From the NCBI GenBank assembly GCA_964016885.1, contig OZ024740.1, positions 219,790,001 to 219,854,000 on the forward strand: a stretch of 64,000 nucleotides of DNA. Reading direction: 5' to 3'. Under the pieces are notes generated by a model. It was not told the DNA's origin and searched no databases. It saw only the letters and a program-made list of their open reading frames with translations. The translations under genes and the position numbers were made by a program. The DNA comes from Eledone cirrhosa. Taxonomy: Eukaryota. This document shows positions 54,837 to 64,000 of the stretch, piece by piece (within the stretch, counting starts at the first letter, position 1; every line of letters begins with the position of its first letter).

Positions 54837-54954
54837 GTATACACCCCTTGACTATGCTTTGATGGAAGAACATCATGATGTTGCTCAATACATGATTGAA
54901 CAAGGTGCACTGTCAATTATTGGTATCCAAGATATTGCTGCACAGAAAATACAG
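54837..54954 (+). CDS. INVS: Internal exon of an inversin-like gene (last ankyrin repeat plus start of IQ motif)
   Basis: Pyrimidine-rich acceptor ...ttattag|G and donor CAG|gtaaat; YTPLDYALMEEHHDVAQYMIEQGALSIIGIQDIAAQKIQ closely resembles vertebrate inversin as recalled (YTPLDYAL...GALSIAAIQDIAAFKIQ). Confidence 0.9.
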
Positions 54955-56469
54955 GTAAATAGTTTCCTGTTGCTGTTTTGCTTTTGTTTGTTTATTTGTT
55001 AGTTTTTGTGTGTGTGGGGGGGGGGGGGGGGTTATGTTGTCTTAGACACTTGACAGAGTTGTAGAAGCACCATCATATAAAATACCTTAGGCATTTTTAA
55101 CCTGGAAGAGCTCATTCTTCTCCAGAGAGAGAGAAAGAGAACCCCAGTGCTAAACTGATATTTTATTTGACCTTGTAAGAATAAAAGACAAAGTCAACCT
55201 CAGCAGGATTTGAACTGAGTTCAAATGCTGAGGGCCAAAGTTAATACTTGAAAGGCATTCTATCTGATGGTTTAATGGCTCTGTCAGTTTACCACCTATC
55301 TTAATGCTGCGTGTATCCAGTTTAGATTAGGCACATCATATTCTTGTGTGTTGTAAGTGGCAACTAAAAATAGGTTGGTATCAAGAAAAGCATCCAGACA
55401 TAAAATCATTGTCTCAAAAAAGACCCCCCCCCCCTGATGAGTATAAAGCTTATCACAAGGTCTACTAATCCTTGACTAATCCTTGCTTTAACAGAGAAAA
55501 TAGACATAAAACACGTGTTGTATTTTTTTTATATTAGAATGTGAAAAATGTACAAAGTGTAAAATATTTCTTTCTTCAGAAATCGTGTTTTCCGTTCTAG
55601 TAAGGAAAGGTTTTGGTGGAAAACATTGATTTTTTTTTTCTTCAGTAAATTAGTTTCATAGCATTATCACATGAGTTAAAGTTAAGGTGTGATCAAACAA
55701 CAGTTCTGTTTACATGCTAACCAACAACAATTAGCGATATGAACACTATACTGTTGTGTGTAGGAAGCGAGAATGTATGCAGATATGTGCAGCATTGCAT
55801 TCAATGTGTGCAGAAGTGCAATGTTATGGCATTACATGATCTCATTGTGAGAAAATAGCAGGAAATCATGATTTTAATGGAAAATTAACAACAACAACAA
55901 CAAAATATATATTTTTAAAATGCTCTTTATCCTCTTTATGTTTAATAGCTTTCTTCACCTAATTCCTGTACATATGTATCTATTTGAATCTAATTAATTA
56001 AAGCCTACATTTACCTATTTCACTTATGATTAAGTTCCCACTGATAATTGTAATATTGCAATCAAATAAGAGTAAATTCATTTCTGATGCTGAGATGAGT
56101 GGGTTGGGTTATTAGGAAAAATATTGATTAAACATCATATAAACATTATCTTTTACTACTGATTCTAATATATATGATGTAGCCTGTCTGAGTGGTGCTT
56201 TCAGTTGTTGGTGATGTGAGCTGGAACTTATCGTAACTTTCAAGGCAGTAAAGCAGCTGGTGTGATAGTAATGATTTCAGTTGGTCTATCACAGGTGTTT
56301 TGCCTATTAAAGAATTTGAATTCAGCACTTTAGCCCTCTGGTGCTAAATGTTCTTGGTATTATGATACAAAGCCATCTGCATTAGAGCGTTTATATTTTG
56401 ATTTAAATAGAAAACTCCCATCAAAATGTTTTGCAAGAACCTTTGTTAAGTTATGATTCAAATACCAGC

Positions 56470-56790
56470 TTAATAATTGTTTCTACTTTTGGCACAAGGC
56501 CAGCAATTACCCAGTACATTACTGGTACTTTATTTTATCGACCCCGTAAGGATGATAGGCAAAGTAAACCTCAGCGGGATTTGAACTCAGATCGTAAAGG
56601 GACGTATAATAATTGTTTCTACTTTTGGTACAAGGCCAGCAATTATCCCAGTGTATTACTGGTACTTTATTTTATCGACCCCGTAAGGATGAAAGGCAAA
56701 GTTAACCTCGGCGGGATTTGAACTCAGATCATAAAGGGCCATAACTCCTTGCTACAAAGCATGGCGTTCGACCCTCCACTGATACTGACA
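56470..56790 (-). mobile_element. Tandem SINE family B copies
   Basis: Two units homologous to 10681-10870. Confidence 0.8.
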
Positions 56791-56899
56791 AAATTGTATA
56801 AAAAAACCTCTGGTCGTTTGGTACCAAGTGGTTTAAAGAAAATAATCTTACTTGAAGTGTGATTCTGTTTAGGGTTAGCTACATTGTATTAGTCACTGT

Positions 56900-57192
56900 A
56901 TCAGTGAGCTGCTCAACATTACCAAACTTAGACCAATTACATCAATAGTCAAGTCAAGAGTACTCAAACTATACAGTCATATAAAAAGATCAACTGCTGG
57001 TGTGAGTAGGTTATGTCTGGAAGGAAGGTTGGCTGGTAAGAGAAGTAGAGGCTGGCAGCCAAAACGATGGCTTGACAATGTCAACTTATGGACTGGACTT
57101 GATTTTTGCTCTTTGAATTCTGCTGCTGGTGATCAAACTTTGTGGAGAAAAATATTTCGTGTTGATGTGCAGTCTGCATCTGGCGGAGTTTA
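56900..57192 (+). mobile_element. RTE-type LINE C-terminal fragment (different family)
   Basis: CLEGRLAGKRSRGWQPKRWLDNV motif. Confidence 0.65.
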
Positions 57193-57409
57193 GTGTCACA
57201 AGAAGACATTGTATTGGGTATAAGCTATAAATTGAAACAAAGTATACTTTGCTGTACTCTGGTGAAACCAACTATGTAGATGATGATGTTAATTTTCCCC
57301 AGGTTAACATTGATCAAAGATGGCATTCCATCTTTTTATGTGAATCTAGCACTACATGTGATTTGATAATCCATTTACCTATTTCACTGTTGCAATCATA
57401 TCTATATCT

Positions 57410-58390
57410 ATGTTGCTATTCTATATATTTCTATGTTGTTATTCCACATATTTCTATGTTGCTATTCTATATATTTCTATGTTGCTATTCTATATATTAC
57501 TATGTTGCTATCGCACGCATTACTATGTTGCTATCGCACACATTACTATGTTGCTATCGCACGCATTACTATGTTGCTATCCCACACATTACTATGTTGC
57601 TATCGCACACATTACTATGTTGCTATCCCACACATTACTATGTTGCTATTCCACACATTACTATGTTGCTATCGCACACATTACTATGTTGCTATCCCAC
57701 ACATTACTATGTTGCTATTCCACACATTACTATGTTGCTATTCCACACATTACTATGTTGCTATCGCACACATTACTATGTTGCTATTCCACACATTACT
57801 ATGTTGCTATTCCACACATTACTATGTTGCTATCGCACACATTACTATGTTGCTATCCCACACATTACTATGTTGGTATTCCACACATTACTATGTTGCT
57901 ATTCCACACATTACTATGTTGCTATCCCACACATTACTATGTTGCTATTTCACACATTACTATGTTGCTATCGCACACATTACTATGTTGCTATCGCACA
58001 CATTACTATGTTGCTATTCCACACATTACTATGTTGCTATCGCACACATTACTATGTTGCTATCGCACACATTACTATGTTGCTATCGCACACATTACTA
58101 TGTTGCTATCGCACACATTACTATGTTGCTATCGCACACATTACTATGTTGCTATCGCACACATTACTATGTTGCTATCGCACACATTACTATGTTGCTA
58201 TCCCACACATTACTATGTTGGTATCCCACACATTACTATGTTGCTATCCCACACATTACTATGTTGCTATTCCACACATTACTATGTTGCTATTTCACAC
58301 ATTACTATGTTGCTATTCCACACATTACTATGTTGCTATTTCACACATTACTATGTTGCTATCGCACACATTACTATGTTGCTATTCCAT
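57410..58390. repeat. 23-bp minisatellite (cacattactatgttgctatcgca)
   Basis: About 42 units; explains the three long periodic ORFs. Confidence 0.95.
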
Positions 58391-59014
58391 TTACCTCTAC
58401 ATTGCTATCCTGCCTATTTATATGATACTATTCCATCTATGATACTAGTCTTCATTTCGAGGTTATCGTGTCCGTAAAACCTTCACCGAGAGGAAACGTC
58501 TTCTTATGAAACACGAACAGTTAAAGAAAGAAGTAGCCAGGTAAGCTATAAATACAGAACTTTGTAAAATACCAAATGAAATATTTTGAATATTTTTTTA
58601 CAGATTGAAGTCAGGTTAATATTTAAACTTTTCATCAAAGCAAAAGTAATCAGAAAGTGAAGAATTGGGTTCTTTGATATAAATAATTAGTGAGTGGTAA
58701 GGTTAGCTGGTATTTCTGTAAATATTATGTAAGTAAAGAAATGTGTGATTCTGTTTTTTTTTTTACAGTATTATTAGTATTGCAATGTCTGTATATGCTG
58801 AACACAGGCATGGCTGGGTGGTTGAGAGGTTCATCTGCAACTACATAGTTCTGTGTTCAATTCCACTACATGGCATTTTAGGGTTTTAGACAAGTGTTTT
58901 CTACCGAATTCAAGTGAGTGAAATTTAGTAGACAGAAACTGTGGAAGCCCGTCATATATAATTATGTGTATGTGTGTGTGTGTGAGTACGTGTGTGTACA
59001 TGGGTATGTGTGAA

Positions 59015-59380
59015 CAGCAATGTTGCATGGAAGTGAGACCTGGGTTCTGTGTACAGAGGATCTACAAAGATTGGAAAGAAATGAGTGTACATGCACGCTC
59101 CACTGGGTGTATAATAGGAGTGTACATGAATGAGGTAACATCAATGAACTGAGTGAGAAACTGGGTATAAAAAAGGTCAGATGAAGTGTGCAGGAAAGAA
59201 GACCGGACATGTGATGCATATGGAGGATGACAGCTGTATAAAAAGGGGCAGGACACTAAATGTTGATGGGAACTATGGAAGAGGATTTCCTAGGAAAACT
59301 TGGGATTATATAGTAAAAGCTGTTAAACCTCACAAAGAATATGATGCATGGTCAAGTTCTCTGGTAATATGCCATATTGC
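59015..59380 (+). mobile_element. Degraded RTE LINE fragment
   Basis: HGSETW...GHVMHMEDDSCIKR...GFPRKTW. Confidence 0.75.
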
Positions 59381-59955
59381 AGAAGGCCTGCCTTGCTATG
59401 TGTATAGGAGGTGACAAGTGTGGAGAGGGCAGTAGTCTGAACCAATCTTCTCCCTATAGCTTCCCCCATCTAAATACTCATCCAACCCCTTCCTCCCCCT
59501 TATTATTTAAGTACCTCCCCACTCCCTCCATCCCCATCCTGTACACTTCCCCCCCCCCCCTCACTATCTAAGCATTCCTCATTAGACCCCACCCCCACCA
59601 CCCACCACTAACTTCCTCTATCTCCAGCTCACCTTGCACATCCAACCCCCCCCCCTCACTCACAGCAGGGAAAGAAGATAGTTCCCACCCCACTCCACCT
59701 GACCCCTTCACATGATCAACTTCTTCTAGCATGGAAAAGCTGTCCCCCCCACTTCACCCCTCCCCCTTACTCATGACAACATATAAAGATAGATGCCCCA
59801 CCCTATGCCTACATGGAAAGCTGGACATTTCCCAATTTGTATCATGATAAAAATCTTGATTATGGTTTGGAAAGATATCTGACCAGGGAGGCCATGTTAA
59901 AACAAAAAACAATGTATAAACTAGATGTGGTCTTCTGTCTGACCTTGACTTAGAT

Positions 59956-60513
59956 CAGAGGTTCTCAAAGGGGGCTGAGAAGGTTCAGGGGGCTCTGGGG
60001 CATAAGGGGGCAGTGTGGGGCAGTGGAGATGATATAATAGTATATTAAATATCAAATGATACATCATCCTCATCATCATCATCATCATCATCGTTTAACG
60101 GCCATTTTCCACGCTAGCATGGGTTAGACAGGAGTTGTGCCACCTGAGGCAAGGTTGGTCGGGTGACGGTATCTCGCTCATATAGGACTATCTGGCAGGT
60201 TTTCTACGGCTGGATGCCCTTCCTAACACCAACCACATTTACAGTGTGGAACTGGGAGGTTTTTACCGTGTTACCTACACGGCCACATTACAGCGTGGAC
60301 TGTGTGTTTATTGTACATAAATATAGTACAATAGAAAATATATAATATTCATGTATACATAGTATATATATTATTTATTATATATAAATTAATGGTTTTA
60401 TTTATTGTCTATTATTTACAACTTGCATGAAGCAGCTCTCTCTGGAAATAGGGGTGGGGCACTGAGGGTATTTTGTGGCCATGAGGGGGGGGGGGGATAT
60501 TTGAGAACCTTTG
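59956..60513. mobile_element. hAT-type MITE with a nested RTE 3' fragment (about 60062-60310)
   Basis: TIRs cagaggttctcaaa / tttgagaacctttg; perfect 8-bp TSD ACTTAGAT. Confidence 0.82.
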
Positions 60514-61145
60514 ACTTAGATCATGAGAAACCTTCTGGTTTATGAAGTCATGAGAAATAAATGTTTAGCAGTGATGAGGATGTACACCACCTTCCAAACC
60601 CCTGATACACCTTTTCCTGCTCAACCCATGCAATGAAAGCCAGACATGCTCCACCTCTGCTCTCCCACAGTGGTAGCTGTCTGATAGTTGATGGTAGTGA
60701 GCAGGGGGTTCAGTAGAAAGTCATTTCAGCAGCATGATGGAAAAGCAGTAAGGATGTGTCATAGGAAAACAGAACAAATAGTGGATGAAACTGAAAAGAG
60801 TGGTGAATATCAATGATGATGATGATGATGATAATGATGATGATAATGATAATGTCACAGAAACAACTGTGAGACAGGCATGCAATCTAAGGGAGGTAAT
60901 TGTTTTAATTACTAACACATACAACAAAAAGTGCTTCCTGTTTAAAAATGATACATAGGTGAAGTTTCAAGTCTGTCAACCAACACAAGAATGTAGCCTC
61001 CTGTCTACCCAGTATGACAATCCATCTGGCCCAGGCCAGCTTCATTCTTAATGCCTTTCTTTGCTTACACAAACAAAGCCTGCTGAAGAATGAATATAGT
61101 TAGTTATTCAAGGAAATTTAGGTACAGATTCTTATATATATATAT

Positions 61146-61199
61146 ATATTGTCTATATGCTTCAGCTTGTACTCATGGGAGGTCGGGTACTCTGTATTA

Positions 61200-61267
<68 letters not shown>

Positions 61268-61602
61268 TAATACAGAGTACCCGACCTCCCATGAGTACAA
61301 GCTGAAGCATATAGACAATATGCCCCACACCCTCCCACTGCAAGGTGGTCGTGGAGGTGCCACGGCAAAAAAGCACCCAGCCCACACTGTAAAGTGGACG
61401 TGTAGGCACCATGGAAAAAGCACCCAGCACTCACTGTAAATGAGGTTGGTGTTAGGGAAGGCATCCAGCTGTAGAAATCAAGCCAAAATCAGTTCCTATA
61501 TGAGCAAAGCATGGTCAGCCGACCAGACACTGCCCACAACAGAACAACCCGTCTAACCCATGCTAACATGGAAGAACGGACGTAAAACGGTGATGATGAT
61601 GA
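61146..61602 (+). mobile_element. RTE 3' UTR fragment with a palindromic 5' fold-back
   Basis: 61146-61321 is a palindrome centred on (TA)n. Confidence 0.8.
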
Positions 61603-61861
61603 TATATATATATGGCTGATTGAACACAGATGCTTTTTCTGGAAAATGTTTTTTTTTTCCATTCCTTCTTCTTCTTCTCACTCTATCTTTTATTTCTCAT
61701 TCTATTAATTATAAAGGACTAATGTTTGAAATGCTAAGACTGTTTCCCAACTATATCAAACATTAAACTAATATATTTCTTCATTATATTGCATTGTTTG
61801 CTTTGTTGTTCCCATTTACTTTTTGCATACATACATATGTGCATCTGTGTGTCTCTCTCTC

Positions 61862-61894
<33 letters not shown>

Positions 61895-61897
<3 letters not shown>

Positions 61898-62248
61898 AAA
61901 GTTCTATTTAAATTGTTGGGATACAACAAGCAAATATTTTTATAACTGATATAAAGCACTCAACAAATATCTGGAGTAAAAATACGATATTAACAAATGG
62001 AAACTATATTTATAAAACCATATTTATTTCATTATACATATTTCAAGGACACCAAGTTAAATTATGGTGTGCTTTCATCAGATAATATAGATCAGTTTTA
62101 TAAATAAATATTGACATATGTCAATATTTATTTATATTATATTTTATCTGATGAAAGCACACCATAATTTTACTTGGTGTCCTTGAAATATGTATAATGA
62201 AATAAATATGGTTTTATAAATATAGTTTCCATTTGTTAATATCGTATA
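61895..62248. mobile_element. Fold-back pLTR remnant with opposed hammerheads (62025-62089 -, 62140-62204 +)
   Basis: Inverted repeat centred on gacat|atgtc (62117/62118); + copy: tattttat-CTGATGA-...-GAAA-tatgta-TA-atgaaata. Confidence 0.78.
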
Positions 62249-62295
62249 TATATATATATAAGAAGAAATTAAAAGATGGTTAAAAAAGTTCCATG

Positions 62296-62366
62296 TATTT
62301 TATTATGCGCATTTCAAAAACAAATATCATCCTGGGACGATATTTGCGTTCTCATCAGATAAAATA
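62296..62366 (-). ncRNA. Type I hammerhead ribozyme motif in the Penelope pLTR
   Basis: Minus strand: tattttat-CTGATGA-gaacgcaaatatcgtcccaggatgatatttgttttt-GAAA-tgcgca-TA-ataaaata. Confidence 0.85.
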
Positions 62367-63299
62367 GAGAGACATGATATGATGCCTAAAAAAACACTTG
62401 TGAACAAGGTAGTGTCTAGTCAACATATGATAAATAAATTTAAAAGGATATAGAAGATTGGAAATAAGGGAAGGAACGGGAAAAGGGGAAGGAAGAGGAA
62501 GAAAGAAAAAAGGAGAGGATAACGGAGGAAGAGTATAAGAAGGACGGAGGGGAGAGAGAGAAACATTTAAACTGAAAAACGCTGTCACCACTGAAAAATA
62601 ACTGAATAACGGTTGTAAATTTATAAATAAATAAAAAAAATAAAAAACTGATGAGGTTTATGATTGATGATGTTTATGATTGATGATGTTTATGATTACA
62701 GATATAGAAATTAAGTATACTGAAGGATTTACTAAAAGGTGCGAAAAAGTTTTGTTAAAATGTATTATTAAAATAAAATAAAGTAAAATAAGATAAAGTG
62801 AATAAAAATAAAATTAAATGATTTATAAGCTTAGAAGACGATATAGGGTCCTATTTTGTTTAAATAGATTGTAATTGAAAAAGTATTTCTGTGAAAAAGT
62901 AATTATTTAAGCAAAGACAAGCACGGAAAGAGAGAAGAAAAAAACGAGGAAGAAAAACAAATGACGTCAAAATTTGTTTACAAAATTCAACTAATGTTAA
63001 TATTAATAAATTTGAAGTAAAAAATTGGGAAATAGAACGGTTTAAGAAAAAGTAATATTGAGAAGAAATAATATAAAGAAAGATTAACTATTTTAAAAAA
63101 AATAGTTTGTATCCCCAAGAAGATAAAGGAGTTTGCTATAGTGAATTAAAAATTAGGGGACCAAAAACGTCATAGTATGAATAAACTTTGTAGAATGTAC
63201 TGAAAAAAGGGTATTTGTGTAAAAAAATATATATGTGTGAGAAAAAGTTTTTAATCTTAATCAAGGAGTAAGATATTAGCTGTATACTTTGTGAAATGA

Positions 63300-63700
63300 C
63301 CTAAGCGATTTATGGATGCAAAGCGAAAATAAATCTGTGCGTCTATTTATTATAGAGTTAATGGTAAATTAGAGATAATGGTAAATGTTTCCGCTAGACA
63401 TAAATTACAAGTTCTAGATATGGAAGCGTTGGATTATGGAGAAGCATTGCATATTTTACGCCAAGAAATTTTGTAATTAATGTTTTTGTCTTTTAAGGAC
63501 CAGATGAGTTCTGAGAGTGCAGTGTTTGTTCTTTTAAGTGGGTATCTAAAAGACGAAGAATGGTTATATAGTCTTGCCTTAAAGGAAGTAGAAGTAGAGC
63601 CAATGTAGGTATAGGAATTGGTACTAGTTATCACCTTACATTCGTATACTAAATTTTTATCGAGACTAATTATTAAGAGGACATTTAGTTCTATTATGGC
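63300..63700 (-). pseudogene. Penelope GIY-YIG endonuclease fragment
   Basis: NLVYECKV...YIGSTSTSFKARLYNH...TALSELIWSLK...ISWRKI, then a stop, followed by CNLCLAE. Confidence 0.85.
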
Positions 63701-64000
63701 AATTGCATTTACGATTAATGTTATTAACAGAGTTATTTGCAAGTGGCCCAGAATTATTTATAAAACGAATTGTAGTGGAGGAATTAACTAAAGGAGATGC
63801 TAATGTTTCTTGATTTAGATTACTATTAGAAGCATTCATCGAAATTACGTTTGACGTCGTATTTATATTTAAGTTATCTTGTCTAGAGTTTACATTGATG
63901 TCGGACCTTATAGTGTTATTACTACAACCGTTATACAGTTATTTTTCAGTGGTGACAGCGTTTTTCGGTTTAAATATTTATCTCTCTCTCTCTCTCTCCT

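Larger units (their letters stand above)
62262..64000 (-). mobile_element. Penelope-like element: GIY-YIG fragment, long 3' UTR, HHR-bearing pLTR, inverted arm starting about 63925
   Basis: 63925-63995 is the reverse complement of about 62550-62615; EN ORF and HHR are on the same strand. Confidence 0.85.

Noticed and set aside
57249-58477. Three 330-397-aa Cys/His/Tyr-rich ORFs
   Set aside because: Stop-free 23-bp minisatellite read in all three frames

Overview
AT-rich, microsatellite-dense eukaryotic DNA. The repeat content ((TA)n arrays, tRNA-derived SINEs, RTE LINE fragments) suggests an octopus/coleoid cephalopod; this is an inference from repeat style. The only host coding sequence I can support is one 118-bp exon of an inversin (INVS)-like gene at 54837-54954 (+), encoding the last ankyrin repeat and the start of an IQ motif, so most of the window is probably intron. 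The rest is satellites and minisatellites (including a 10.3-kb 17-mer array), RTE fragments, two SINE families, a deleted Tc1/mariner element, MITEs and two Penelope-like GIY-YIG fragments. Nearly all ORFs in the track are low-complexity artefacts. The main signal not shown by the ORF track is a dense set of type I hammerhead ribozyme (HHR) motifs: about 11 well-formed copies and several degenerate ones, from several families, almost all inside (TA)n arrays. Two diverged non-coding tandem elements of about 466-469 nt (567-1504 and 48723-49484) carry covarying HHRs, a shared octamer-containing hairpin and the same 3' junction. They look like a retrozyme-type (potentially circRNA-forming) non-autonomous retroelement family. 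Many short fold-back Penelope-type pLTR elements are also present. All structures were read by eye, and no activity or database novelty has been tested.
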